From NCBI GenBank assembly GCA_046757685.1, contig JBHHYV010000006.1, forward strand, positions 283-64,282: 64,000 nt of DNA, given 5' to 3'. The DNA comes from Myxococcota bacterium (GTDB lineage: Bacteria; Myxococcota_A; UBA9160; SZUA-336). This document shows positions 50,708 through 60,707 of the stretch, one piece after another. The notes under the pieces are model-generated. The model worked only from the letters and a program-made list of their open reading frames with translations, ran no database searches and was not told the origin of the DNA. Position 1 is the stretch's first letter, and every line of letters begins with the position of its first letter. Made by a program: the position numbers and the translations under genes.

Positions 50708-51904
50708 TCAGGCGGCGACGAGCTCGAGCGGGATCTTCGAGTAGGCACGCATCAGGAAGCTCGGATGCAGCGGCAGCGGCTCGGAGCTCGCGAGCTGGAA
50801 GTCGCGCGTGCGCTCCAGGAGCGTGCGAATCGCCACCCGCGCTTCGAGTCGCGCCAGGTTCGATCCCAGGCAGAAGTGGGGGCCGAAGCCGAACGCCAGG
50901 TGGGGATTGGGCTGGCGCGCCACCTCGAAGGCGTCGGGCTCCTCGAAGACCGAGGCGTCGCGATTGGCCGAGCCGAGCCACTGGAGCACGAACGAATCTG
51001 CCTCGAGCCGTACCCCGTGCAGCTCGACCGGTCCGGTCACGCAGCGCGCGTCGGCCTGGATGGGGGATGCGAAGCGCAGCACCTCGTCGATCGCCGTGGG
51101 CAGAAGGCCCGGATCCACCCGGAGCTTCGCCAGGGCCTCGGGATGCGCGAGCAGCTCGAGCGTCGCGTTTCCGATCAACGTGGTGGTGGTCTCGTTTCCC
51201 GCCACGAGCAGCAGGATCAGCATCTGCAGCAGCTCGGGGAAGCTCAGGCGAGAGCCCTCGAGCTCTGCCCGGACGAGGCCCGTGAGCAGGTCGTCCCTGG
51301 GGGTTGCGCGGCGCTCGGCGGCCAGCGTGGTGAAGTAGTCGCTCATCTCCGAGACGATCACGCGGTCGCGTTCGACCGCCTCGGGGGAGGGTGGGCTCAG
51401 GAGTCCCGCACCCAGGTTCTCGATCAGCGCGTCCGACCACGAACGGAAGAGCTCCCGGTCGGCGAGGGGAACGCCGATCATCTCGGCGATCACCATCATC
51501 GGGAGCGGGTAGGTGAGGGCCTCGACCCAGTCGACGATCCCCGTCTCCAGCGCCCGGTCGACGAGCTCCTCGGCGATCTCGACCATCCTCGGCTCGAGCC
51601 TGCGAACGATGCGCGGCGTGAAGGCCTGGTTGACGAGCGACCGCAGGCGGGTGTGCTCGGGGCCGTCCTGTCCGAGCATGCTCTGCGGGAGATCGTCGGC
51701 TCCCCTCGCATCGACGAGGTCGGGAAAGCGATTCGAGTACGTCTCGGCGTCCTTGAGCATGCCCAGGACGTCGTCGTAGCGGAAGACCGAGGCGGCGTTC
51801 AGCCCCTCGTGTACGAAGACGGGGTGGTCTCGGCGAGCCTGCGCGTAGCTCGGAAAGGGGTTCCGGCGCAGGGCTTCGTCGAGGGGATCGAACGAGAAGG
51901 CCAT
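50708..51904 (-). CDS. cytochrome P450
   Basis: Haem-thiolate loop FGFGPHFCLGSNLARLE, EVLRF (ExxR) and the I-helix LLVAGNETTT. Confidence 0.9.
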   Translation of the reverse strand: MAFSFDPLDEALRRNPFPSYAQARRDHPVFVHEGLNAASVFRYDDVLGMLKDAETYSNRFPDLVDARGADDLPQSMLGQDGPEHTRLRSLVNQAFTPRIVRRLEPRMVEIAEELVDRALETGIVDWVEALTYPLPMMVIAEMIGVPLADRELFRSWSDALIENLGAGLLSPPSPEAVERDRVIVSEMSDYFTTLAAERRATPRDDLLTGLVRAELEGSRLSFPELLQMLILLLVAGNETTTTLIGNATLELLAHPEALAKLRVDPGLLPTAIDEVLRFASPIQADARCVTGPVELHGVRLEADSFVLQWLGSANRDASVFEEPDAFEVARQPNPHLAFGFGPHFCLGSNLARLEARVAIRTLLERTRDFQLASSEPLPLHPSFLMRAYSKIPLELVAA

Positions 51905-51905
51905 C

Positions 51906-52871
51906 TCAGCTCCAAAGGCTCGGCGTGAGATCCCGACTCCAGCGAAGGATCGCAAGCAGGATCAGGAAGGCGCCCTCCAGTCGGGTCAGGCGCCAGCCGG
52001 TTCGCATGAAGAGGGCCACCAAGCCCACCATGGCCACCATCATGACGATGCTTCCCATCGCCGTCGAGTGGATCTGCAGCGGGTGAAAGAGGGCCGCCAG
52101 CCCCAGGACCCCCAGCATGTTGAAGAGGTCGCTGCCGATCAGGTTGCCCGCGACGAGCCCGGGGTGGCCGCGCAGCACCGCCGCGACCGACGTGGCCAGC
52201 TCCGGGAGCGACGTGCCGCCGGCCACGATCGTCATTGCGATCGCCCACTCCGAGAGGCCGAGCGTCCGCGCGACCTCGGTCGCGGAGCCGACCAGCAGAT
52301 GGGCGCCACCGACGACGGCCGCGAGTGACACCAGCACGAGGGGCGCATCCCAGAAGTCCGGGGGTCCCGTCTCGGCCGGCCGGTCCGGCGCCTCGGTCTC
52401 GTCGACGAGGGGCTCGTCGCGGTGGAAGAGGTAGAGCACGTAGGCTCCCAGAATCGCGATCATCAGGGCGCCGTCCATGCGCGTGAGCTTGGAGTCGCCG
52501 ACGAAGAAGAGCGCGAGCAGGCTCGCCGAGAGGAGCAGCATGACGGCGTCGCGAACGACGAGCGAGCGGCTCGTCGGAAGGGTTCTCAGCACCGCGCAGC
52601 CGCCCAGGATGAACCCCAGGTTGAAGATGTTCGAGCCGACGACGTTGCCGACCGAGATCTCCGGCTGGTGCCGCAGCGCCGCCACGAGCGTGACGACCAT
52701 CTCGGGCGCCGAGGTCCCGATCGCCACGACCGTCATTCCGATCACCACGTCCGAGAGACCGAATCGGCTCGCGATCCGCGCCGACGCGTACACCACGCCG
52801 TCGGCGCCCTTCCAGAGCAGGACGATGGAGACTCCGATCCATGCGATGTCGACCCAGAGGTGTGCGTTCAA
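51906..52871 (-). CDS. Ca2+/cation antiporter (CaCA/YrbG family)
   Basis: Two alpha-repeats, GTSAPEMVV...GNVVGSNIFNLGFILG and GTSLPELATS...GNLIGSDLFNMLGVLG. Confidence 0.85.
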   Translation of the reverse strand: MNAHLWVDIAWIGVSIVLLWKGADGVVYASARIASRFGLSDVVIGMTVVAIGTSAPEMVVTLVAALRHQPEISVGNVVGSNIFNLGFILGGCAVLRTLPTSRSLVVRDAVMLLLSASLLALFFVGDSKLTRMDGALMIAILGAYVLYLFHRDEPLVDETEAPDRPAETGPPDFWDAPLVLVSLAAVVGGAHLLVGSATEVARTLGLSEWAIAMTIVAGGTSLPELATSVAAVLRGHPGLVAGNLIGSDLFNMLGVLGLAALFHPLQIHSTAMGSIVMMVAMVGLVALFMRTGWRLTRLEGAFLILLAILRWSRDLTPSLWS

Positions 52872-52880
52872 GCCGTCCGC

Positions 52881-53474
52881 CTAGTCTCCCGCATCCTCAT
52901 CCGCTGCCCCTTCCGGGTTCTCGTCGCTCGTCAGGTCCGCCTCTCCATCGGCCTGCGCGTCCGGCTCGGACGCGGCCCCCCGCGCGCGGAGGTGATCGAC
53001 GATTCGTTCGGGGGCGTAGCGCTCCCGATCACGGTCCGCGCGTTCAGCCAGCCGGCGTCCTACCTCAGGGTACCGCAGAGCGGCGATCCGGGCGGCCAGC
53101 AGCGCCGCATTCTCGGCGCCGTCGATGCTGACGGTGGCGACCGGAGTGCCGGGGGGCATCTGGAGGGTGGCGAGCGCCGCATCGATCCCGGCGAGCGGCC
53201 CGACCGCGAGCGGGACTCCGATCACCGGGAGGCGCGTCTGGGCTGCGGCCACGCCGGCGAGGTGAGCGGCCATCCCTGCGAACGCGATGATCGCCAGCGC
53301 TCCCTCCGCCTCGGCGGCTCGGATCGACTCGCCGACGAGCTCCGGCGTGCGGTGCGCCGAGGCTACGCAGATGCGCGCGGCGACCCCGACCTGCGAGAGG
53401 ACTGCGCGCGCCTCGAGGACCGGATCCAGATCGTTGGGGCTCCCGGCGATCAGCAGCACGCGCGCGCCCGTCAC
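52881..53474 (-). CDS. purE: 5-(carboxyamino)imidazole ribonucleotide mutase with an acidic C-terminal extension
   Basis: [24 protein letters not shown] and LPVIGVP PurE motifs. About 35 extra Asp/Glu-rich residues at the C-terminus. Confidence 0.85.
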   Translation of the reverse strand: MTGARVLLIAGSPNDLDPVLEARAVLSQVGVAARICVASAHRTPELVGESIRAAEAEGALAIIAFAGMAAHLAGVAAAQTRLPVIGVPLAVGPLAGIDAALATLQMPPGTPVATVSIDGAENAALLAARIAALRYPEVGRRLAERADRDRERYAPERIVDHLRARGAASEPDAQADGEADLTSDENPEGAADEDAGD

Positions 53475-53475
53475 G

Positions 53476-54834
53476 CTAGGAGCCGCCTTCCGCGCCGCCG
53501 GATGCGGGCGCAGCGGCGCCGACCGCTCGCTCGCTGGGGACGGACTCTCCCTTCCGGCGCAGCACCACGAGCAACACGATCGACCCGACGACTGCGCTCA
53601 GCAGCGATCCGCTCAGGATTCCCACCTTGGCCGATTCGAGCAGCTCGCCCCCGAGCGCCAGGGACGCGATGAAGAGGGCCATCGTGAAGCCGATTCCACC
53701 GAGGAAGCCCGCGCCGACCATCGCGGGCCAGTCGACTCGATCGGGGAGAGCCGCGAACCCCATCCGGACGAAGACCCAGCTGAAGCTCACGATCCCGATG
53801 GGCTTGCCGAGCAGCAGCCCCAGCATGACGGCCATCTCGACGGGAGAGCCGAGGTCACCGGGCTGGATGCGGACCCCCGCGTTGGCCAGCGCGAAGAGCG
53901 GCATGATCCCGAACGCCACCCAGGGATGCAGGGCGCGCTCGAGCCGCTCGAGGGGCGGCACCGTCTCGCGAGAGGCCCGGGCGAGGCGCAGCAAGACCGC
54001 GTACTGCTCGCCGTTGCGAGGCCCCCCGAGCAGTCGGCTCGATACCTGCCGGCAGTGCTCGAAGAAGCCCTCGTGCGGCACCCAGGGCGCCGCAGGCGTC
54101 ATCAGGCCCAGGAGTACGCCGGCGACCGTCGAGTGGACCCCGGACTGCATGAAGGTGAGCCAGATCCCGACGCCGAGAACCGCGTAGACCCCGATCGCAC
54201 GCACACCGATCCGATTCAGCAGCGCGACGAGTCCGAAGCCGACGGCCGAGGCGGCGAGGCCCGGGGCCGAGAGGCCCGCGGAGTAGCCCACAGCGATCAC
54301 GACCACCGCCCCGATGTCGTCCACGATCGCGAGCGCGAGCAGCATGACCTTCAAGCCATGGGGCATGCGCGAGCCCAGCAGGGCCATGACTCCCACGACG
54401 AAGGCGATGTCGGTCGCCATCGGGATGCCCCAGCCGTTGTGACCGGGCTCGCCGAACTGGAACGCCAGGTAGATCCCCGCCGGAGCGAGCATGCCCCCGA
54501 GCGCCGCAGCGATCGGCAGCGCCGCCTTGCGCGGCTCGTGGAGCTCTCCGGACACGAACTCGCGCTTGATCTCGAGCCCGACGACGAAGAAGAAGATCGT
54601 CATCAGGCCATCGTTCACCAGCTCGTGCAGGGTCAGCGCGGGGTGGAGTCCGCCGATCGAGACTCCGATCTCCAGCTCGAGGACACGGTGGTAGAAGGCG
54701 AGCCAGTCGCTGTTGGCCAGCCAGAGCGCGAGCGCGGTGCACGCCACCAGGACCAGGCCGCTGGACGCCTCGACCTCGGTGAACCGGACGAAGGGTCGGC
54801 TCAGGCGCTGGGCAGGAGTGCGGGGCAACGGCAT
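53476..54834 (-). CDS. nhaA: Na+/H+ antiporter NhaA
   Basis: NDGLMTIFFFVVGLEIKRE, IPMATDIAF and LALAIVDDIGAVVVIA are characteristic NhaA motifs. Confidence 0.9.
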   Translation of the reverse strand: MPLPRTPAQRLSRPFVRFTEVEASSGLVLVACTALALWLANSDWLAFYHRVLELEIGVSIGGLHPALTLHELVNDGLMTIFFFVVGLEIKREFVSGELHEPRKAALPIAAALGGMLAPAGIYLAFQFGEPGHNGWGIPMATDIAFVVGVMALLGSRMPHGLKVMLLALAIVDDIGAVVVIAVGYSAGLSAPGLAASAVGFGLVALLNRIGVRAIGVYAVLGVGIWLTFMQSGVHSTVAGVLLGLMTPAAPWVPHEGFFEHCRQVSSRLLGGPRNGEQYAVLLRLARASRETVPPLERLERALHPWVAFGIMPLFALANAGVRIQPGDLGSPVEMAVMLGLLLGKPIGIVSFSWVFVRMGFAALPDRVDWPAMVGAGFLGGIGFTMALFIASLALGGELLESAKVGILSGSLLSAVVGSIVLLVVLRRKGESVPSERAVGAAAPASGGAEGGS

Positions 54835-55391
54835 CGAGTTCTTCCTCGTCTCTCAGGCGGATCCCGGCGTGGCTGCCGCCCGCTCCTCCGCCCGGTCGTT
54901 GCCCGCTGACGGGCTGAGCGAGGGTAGGCGATCTGGCCGCGACCGGGTCCCTGTAGTCTCTCTCGCGCGCATCGGCAAGCGCAGGGCCGCATCTGCGGCC
55001 ATTGACCCCCAGGTTCCACCGAGGACGGCCCGAGCTGGAGGTCGTCGCTGCGACCCTGACCCGCCTGCAGCTGCGGGGGGCCCGGCCCGACGCGGGCGCC
55101 TGAGCGTCGGCGCTCGAGCCCTGAACGCTCGACCTCCAAGGAGCCTCGAACCACGGGCGACGCCGTCCCCTACGATCCCGCGTACGCCACCATCGCGACG
55201 ATCTGGCGGCGGAGGGTGACGCCATGGTCGGCGACTCCATCGCCGAGGAGGGCATCGACTCCCTGCGCGCCCTCCACCGGGATCGCAGGCGGATCGGCCG
55301 GGGGCTGCGCGGAGCATGCGGGAGCAGAGGCCGCCCCGACCGCGAGAAATGCGTCGGAACCCCTGGGACGGAACACTAGAGTCGAAGCGGA

Positions 55392-58300
55392 TCAGGACTC
55401 GGGCAGCGCGTCCAGGGCGCGGCGCGCCGGCGTGTAGTCCGGGTCGAGCTGCAGCGCGCGCCGCAGTCGGCTGCGCGCCTCGGCGAGGTTGCCGGAGTCG
55501 CGCGCCAGGAGCGCCCGCAGGTGCTGCACCTTCGGGCGATCCCGCTCCGCCCGCTCCGCGTTGGTGAGGGCGCGCGCCGCGTCCTCGGGACGCTGCTGGC
55601 GCTCGCGAACCTGGGCCAGAAAGCGCCACTCTGCGGGCGACTCGGGGTCGTGCATCAGGAAGCGCGAGAGCTGCCGTCCGCACTCATCGAGGCGCTGGGC
55701 CCGGCAGTAGATCCGCGCCGCCTCGAGCCACAGGGTGGGGAGCCGCTCCGCGTAGCCGCGGGCCAGCAGCCGGGTGATCTCGCGCACGGCCTCGTCGCTC
55801 TTCCCGAGGTCGCCCAGGGCGATGGCCCGGCGAGCCGCAGCGCGCGGATCGTCGGGACGCAGCTTCAGGGCTGCGGCGGCATCGGCGAGGGCGCCGGCGG
55901 CATCTCCATCCCCCGCCCGCAGCGTGGCCCGCAGCAGCAGCGCCGAGAACGACTGCGGAAACTCCTCGAGGGTCTCGTCGAGCAGCTCGCGCGCCCGCGC
56001 GCGCCCATCGGGCGCGTCGAGCAGGACGTACGCGTGCCCGACGGCCCCGGAGGCGGAGTGCGACCGGCGCTCGGCGGCGCGCATGGCCAGGGCGAAGGTG
56101 GTCCGGTTCTGTCTCGCGACCCGGTACGAGAGTCCGATCGCGGCGATCTGCTCCGGTGTCACGGGTGTGCCGGACTGCGCGAGCAGCGGGAGCATGGCCA
56201 GGGGATAGCGATCGAAGCGTCGCCAGTTGGCGGCGATCGTCCCGGTGTCGTAGATCGCCCAGGGCGCGCGCAGCTCGATGCGCATGTTGTCGTCGGTGTT
56301 CGGACGCTCGCCTTCGGCCAGCTCGCGAGTGCTCTCGGGGAGCAGCAGCAGGAGGCTCCAGAGGTCTTCGGTCGAGTAGCTGCCGACCCGGCTCAGATCC
56401 TCGCGAACCGACCGGGGGAGCCGGCTCCAGCGCGGCAGGTCGCGGCTGCCGAGCGGCTCGAGCGTGGCGAGCAGCAGCAGATCGCCGAGCCCGTAGCGCG
56501 ACGCGCAGGCGTACACGTAGGGGAACTCCGCCTGCACGGCGGCGAGGAGCGAGTCGAGCTCGGGAGGCGCCATCCCGTAGAGCTGGACCCACTGCAGGAG
56601 CCTGCCGCCCGGACGGAGCGCGTGGCGCGCGAGAGCGAAGTACTCCCGGGTGAAGAGGTTCGACACGCCGCTCATCCAGGGATTCGAGGGCTCCGAGATG
56701 ATCGCGTCGTAGCGCCGATTGGTGTACGAGAGAAAGCTGCGCGCGTCGTCCACGACCAGGTGGACCCGAGGGTCCTCGAGTGGGCGGCCGTTGACGAAGT
56801 CGAACGCATGCGACGCCTCGACGACGGCCGGCTCCAGCTCGATCGCGTCGATCCGCTCGACCGGATGCCGGGCGACCGACCCGACGGTCACGCCCGACGC
56901 CAGCCCGATCACGAGCACGTCGCGCGCGGGAGGTCCGAAGAGCAGCGGGATGTGGGCGGAGAGCACCTGGGTCGGCATGTCGGCAAACGAGCTCGCATCG
57001 GGCTTGCCGTTGACGCGCAGCGCGACCCCGTCGCGCGCGCGGTGAACCGAGATCGTCGCGTTCAGCCCGTCGCGGTAGAGCACCAGCTCGTCGGAGGGCA
57101 CCCCCTCGAAGTCCGAGAGGTCGATCGCGTCGAACTCGGCGAGCAGCGGCTCCCGAAAGGCGCCCCGCGCAAAGGCCTGCTCGCTCCAGGCCGGCGGATG
57201 CAGCCAGAGCCCGATTCCCACCAGCGCGGGGACGCTCGCCGCAAGGGCGCGCGGAACCGGTCGTGCCGGCCCGATTCTCGAGAGCAGCAGCGCCATCGAC
57301 GTGGCCAGGTTCAGCAGGGCCGCGCCGAGCAGCGTGTTGCGAACCCCGAAGCTGGGAATCAGCACAAAGCCCGCGGCGAACGCCCCCGCAGCAGAGCCCA
57401 GCGTGTTGGCAAAGTAGACCCGTCCGACGGCCTGGCTCGCCTCGGACGATCGGCTCGAGAGCGCGCGGGTGAGCAGCGGAAAGAGGGCCCCGAGGAGCGC
57501 AGTGGGCGGCAACATCGCGATCACCGAGCTCGCGAGCTGGATGCCCGCGACCGCGGTGGGCGAGGTTCCGAGGCGCCCGACCGCAAGGACGAAGAGGTCG
57601 GGAATCGACTGCAGAACGAGCGACGTGCAGAGGGCCAGCAGGCCGAGCACCAGGATTCCGACCTCGAAGACCGCCCTCGGAGAGCGCAGCCGGTCCACGA
57701 AGCGTCGCGCGACGAGGCTGCCCAGGGCAATCCCCCCCAGGAAGGCCGCGAGCATGGCCGAGAAGGCATAGATCGAGGAGCCCAGCACCATCGCGAGAGC
57801 CCGCGTCCACGCTACCTCGTAGACCAGGCTGGTGAATCCGACGGCCGCATAGGCGCTGAGCAGGAGCCGCTGTGCAGGCTCGGAGGCACCGCCTCGTCGG
57901 GTCGCTGGCTGCGCTGCGCCCTGCGCGATGCCCCGCGCCTTCGGGGCGAGCACCAGCAGCGCGAGCGCGCCGACGAGGGCGTCGATCCCGGCGCCGGCCC
58001 AGTTGGTGCCCCGCAGGCCGACCCCGGGGAAGAGGACGAACGTCGCGAGGAAGACGCCGGCGACTGCGCCCAGGGTGTTCAGGCCGTAGAGGAGTGCGAC
58101 CGAGGCGCCGACCGCGGAGTCTCGCCGCACGGTCGTCGCCACCAGGATCGGAAGGGTCGCGCCCATCGCCAGGGTCGGGAGCAGGAACAGGCCGAGGGCC
58201 ATCGCGAAGCGGATCCCGGCGGCGGTCCAGAAGGGAAGCCCGCCGACGACCTCTCGGTTCAGCTCGGGGTAGAGCCCCACCACGAAGGGGACGGCCGCCG

Positions 58301-58610
58301 CATAGCCGGCGATTCCGAGCTCGAGCCAGCCGTAGACGCGCAGGCCCTCGCGCAGCCGGTGGGCGATGCGCGCCCCCACCAGGCCCCCGAGCCCGAGGCC
58401 GAGCATGTAGGCCACCAGGATGGTGCTGACGGCGAGCGTCGTGGAGCCGAAGACCAGACGCAGCTCGCGCGTCCAGACCACCTCGAGGACCAGGCTCCCG
58501 ATGCCGGAGAGCCAGAAGCACAGCGAGATCGCGGCGAGCGACACGCGATCGCCTGCGGCGCTGCCCGTCTGCGCCGCAGGGCTGCCGCGAGCCCGAGGCC
58601 CGCGGCTCAC
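55392..58610 (-). CDS. fused polytopic membrane / spermidine-synthase-like methyltransferase-fold / TPR protein
   Basis: N-terminal region of roughly 14 TM helices (SGIGSLVLEVVWTRELRLVFG), a central aminopropyltransferase-like core (VLVIGLASGVTVG...IELEP...YDAIISEPSNPW) and C-terminal TPR repeats. GTG at 58610 overlaps the infA stop (GTGA). Confidence 0.75.
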   Translation of the reverse strand: MSRGPRARGSPAAQTGSAAGDRVSLAAISLCFWLSGIGSLVLEVVWTRELRLVFGSTTLAVSTILVAYMLGLGLGGLVGARIAHRLREGLRVYGWLELGIAGYAAAVPFVVGLYPELNREVVGGLPFWTAAGIRFAMALGLFLLPTLAMGATLPILVATTVRRDSAVGASVALLYGLNTLGAVAGVFLATFVLFPGVGLRGTNWAGAGIDALVGALALLVLAPKARGIAQGAAQPATRRGGASEPAQRLLLSAYAAVGFTSLVYEVAWTRALAMVLGSSIYAFSAMLAAFLGGIALGSLVARRFVDRLRSPRAVFEVGILVLGLLALCTSLVLQSIPDLFVLAVGRLGTSPTAVAGIQLASSVIAMLPPTALLGALFPLLTRALSSRSSEASQAVGRVYFANTLGSAAGAFAAGFVLIPSFGVRNTLLGAALLNLATSMALLLSRIGPARPVPRALAASVPALVGIGLWLHPPAWSEQAFARGAFREPLLAEFDAIDLSDFEGVPSDELVLYRDGLNATISVHRARDGVALRVNGKPDASSFADMPTQVLSAHIPLLFGPPARDVLVIGLASGVTVGSVARHPVERIDAIELEPAVVEASHAFDFVNGRPLEDPRVHLVVDDARSFLSYTNRRYDAIISEPSNPWMSGVSNLFTREYFALARHALRPGGRLLQWVQLYGMAPPELDSLLAAVQAEFPYVYACASRYGLGDLLLLATLEPLGSRDLPRWSRLPRSVREDLSRVGSYSTEDLWSLLLLLPESTRELAEGERPNTDDNMRIELRAPWAIYDTGTIAANWRRFDRYPLAMLPLLAQSGTPVTPEQIAAIGLSYRVARQNRTTFALAMRAAERRSHSASGAVGHAYVLLDAPDGRARARELLDETLEEFPQSFSALLLRATLRAGDGDAAGALADAAAALKLRPDDPRAAARRAIALGDLGKSDEAVREITRLLARGYAERLPTLWLEAARIYCRAQRLDECGRQLSRFLMHDPESPAEWRFLAQVRERQQRPEDAARALTNAERAERDRPKVQHLRALLARDSGNLAEARSRLRRALQLDPDYTPARRALDALPES

Positions 58611-58849
58611 CGGCTCTGGGGACGGGAGCCGGGGGGTTCTCGGTAGGTGATGAACCCGTGGGTGGGATCGTAGGGAGAGACCCCGCACTGCACGCGATCC
58701 CCGACGATCACCCGGATGTGAAAGCGCCGCATGCGCCCCGAGAGCTGCGCCGTGATCGTGTGGCCGTTGTCCAGCTTGATCCGGTAGCGGCCTCCTCCCA
58801 GGATTCTATCCACCGTTCCGGAGACCTGGACGAGGTCCTTCTTTGCCAC
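58607..58849 (-). CDS. infA: translation initiation factor IF-1
   Basis: VAKKDLVQVSGTVDRILGGGRYRIKLDNGHTITAQLSGRMRRFHIRVIVGDRVQCGVSPYD is collinear with IF-1 (S1/OB fold). The GTG start is preferred over 58861. Confidence 0.85.
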   Translation of the reverse strand: MAKKDLVQVSGTVDRILGGGRYRIKLDNGHTITAQLSGRMRRFHIRVIVGDRVQCGVSPYDPTHGFITYREPPGSRPQSR

Positions 58850-58969
58850 GCACGCTCCCATGATGCCCTCGGGCAGGCTCTCTCCCTGGAGCCACCTCCC
58901 TGGCGCGCGCCATTATAACGCCTCGCCCGCCTGCGGCCCGCCGCCCCATGCCCTCGTCGGGGCCGCGCT

Positions 58970-59920
58970 TCAGTCGCTCGCCGGGTCGATCGTATGCAGC
59001 CGCGGCGCGGGCTCGGTCTGGATCGTGGTGTGCTCGATCCCGTAGCGCGCCCGCAGCAGCTGACTGACGGCACGCTGGACCTCGTGCCCGTCCGCTCCGG
59101 GAGCGAGATCCACGTGACCGCTCATCGCAGGAAATCCCGAGGTGACCGTCCAGATGTGCAGGTCGTGGATGCCTGCGACCCCGGGGAGCTCGCAGACGTC
59201 GGCCGCCAGCCGCTCGAGGTCCAGGTCTTCGGGCGCGCCCTCGAGCAGGATGTCCACCGATCCCCGTACCAGCCGCAGCGCGGCGGCCACGAGCAGCCCG
59301 GCGATCCCGAGGCCGGCGATCGCATCGGCCTGCAGCAGCTCCCACGCCCAGATCGCGATGGCGGCGCCGATCGCGGCCAGCGATCCCAGAGCATCTCCGA
59401 GCACGTGGGCGAGCGCTCCACGGACGTTCAGGTTGGTGCGGTCCGAGCGCGCGAGCAGCCAGGCGGCGAAGAGGTTCGCAGCCAGGCCGATGCACGCGAT
59501 CGAGAGCATCGGGACGGCGTCGATCGGCTCTGGCGAACGGAGCCGGCGCAGGGACTCGATCGCGATTGCGACGCTCGTGGCACCGAGCAACAGGCCGTTC
59601 GCCAGGGCCGCCAGGATCTCGGCGCGACCGTAGCCGAAGGTCTTGCGCGCGCTCGTGGGCCGCAGGCGCAGGTGCGCGGCGAAGAGCGCGAGGCCGAGCG
59701 ATCCGGCATCGGTGAGCATGTGCCCGGCATCCGCCAGGAGCGCGATCGAGCCGGTGAGCCAGCCCCCGACCGCCTCGAGCAGCAGGATCGAGCTGGTCAC
59801 GGCGAAGGCCCCGCGCAGCGCCGCCAGGTTGGCGACGCCGGAGCCGGGAGGGAGCTGTGCCCCCGCCGGGCGGGCGTATCGCCGCGGGTGACCCTGCGGG
59901 GTGGGGTCGGAGTGAGCCAC
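58970..59920 (-). CDS. cation diffusion facilitator (CzcD/ZitB-like) transporter
   Basis: LLADAGHMLTDAGSL and ALAHVLGDALGS (the HxxxD pairs of TM2/TM5), plus a C-terminal cytoplasmic domain. Confidence 0.85.
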   Translation of the reverse strand: MAHSDPTPQGHPRRYARPAGAQLPPGSGVANLAALRGAFAVTSSILLLEAVGGWLTGSIALLADAGHMLTDAGSLGLALFAAHLRLRPTSARKTFGYGRAEILAALANGLLLGATSVAIAIESLRRLRSPEPIDAVPMLSIACIGLAANLFAAWLLARSDRTNLNVRGALAHVLGDALGSLAAIGAAIAIWAWELLQADAIAGLGIAGLLVAAALRLVRGSVDILLEGAPEDLDLERLAADVCELPGVAGIHDLHIWTVTSGFPAMSGHVDLAPGADGHEVQRAVSQLLRARYGIEHTTIQTEPAPRLHTIDPASD

Positions 59921-59969
59921 GGGGAACTACTCTGGCACTAGAATGCCTGCGCAACCAGAGGAGGGAGTG

Positions 59970-60683
59970 ATGTCGGCCTGGAGGGTTCCGTCCCTGATCA
60001 TCGCGGCGCTGCTGGCGTCGGGTCCGTTGGCGGCCCACTTCGAGATCCTGTCTCCGCTGCGGGGCTTCGAGATCTTCGGGGTCGGGGTGGTGCTCGCGCT
60101 GCTCTCCGCGATCGCACTCGGCGGCGCGGCGGCCTATGCCGCGCTCTACGGTCGCGCTTGGCGTCGCGCGGCGGTCCGAGCCGCTCTCCTTCCCATCGGC
60201 GTGGTCGTGGTCGTGCTGGGGCTGCAGGCACAGGGCGGGGGAGGGCCCTTCAACGACGTCACCACGGATCTCGAGGATCCCCCCGTCTTCCATGCGGGCC
60301 CGGCGGCGGGGATCGGCTACCCCGAGGACTTCGTGGCCATGCAGCGCAAGCAGTACCCGGACCTGGGTCCCCGGCACCTGTCGGCATCCGTGGAGGCGAG
60401 CTGGACGCGCGCACTCGAGGCGGCCCGAGCGATGCCGCGCTGGCAGATCACCTCGGCCGACCCCGACGCGGGCCAGATCGAGGCGGTCGCCACGACGCGC
60501 GTCTTTCGCTTTCGCGACGACATCGCCGTCCGGCTGCGTCCGGAGCAGGCGCCCCCGGGCGCCGTCTCGGAGGGATCGGACACCCGGATCGATATCCGCT
60601 CCCGCTCGCGCGACGGGCGGGGCGACCTGGGAGCGAACGCGGCGCGGATTCGCCGCTACCTGGCTGCGCTGGGAGGCGTCTGA
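59970..60683 (+). CDS. DUF1499-family membrane protein
   Basis: NDVTTDLEDPPVF and VFRFRDDIAVRL...RSRSRDGRGDLGANAARIRRYL resemble DUF1499. Start taken at the internal ATG. Confidence 0.6.
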   Translation: MSAWRVPSLIIAALLASGPLAAHFEILSPLRGFEIFGVGVVLALLSAIALGGAAAYAALYGRAWRRAAVRAALLPIGVVVVVLGLQAQGGGGPFNDVTTDLEDPPVFHAGPAAGIGYPEDFVAMQRKQYPDLGPRHLSASVEASWTRALEAARAMPRWQITSADPDAGQIEAVATTRVFRFRDDIAVRLRPEQAPPGAVSEGSDTRIDIRSRSRDGRGDLGANAARIRRYLAALGGV

Positions 60684-60707
60684 GACTCCTCTCAGCCCTC
60701 CCGTGCC

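Noticed and set aside
55224-55379. A 51-codon ORF beginning MVGDSIAEEGIDSLRAL, which resembles the N-terminus of D-3-phosphoglycerate dehydrogenase-type proteins.
   Set aside because: The similarity is limited to about 15 residues and is followed by Arg/Gly-rich sequence. It is too short to distinguish from chance. It is kept only as a possible pseudogene trace within the 557-bp gap.
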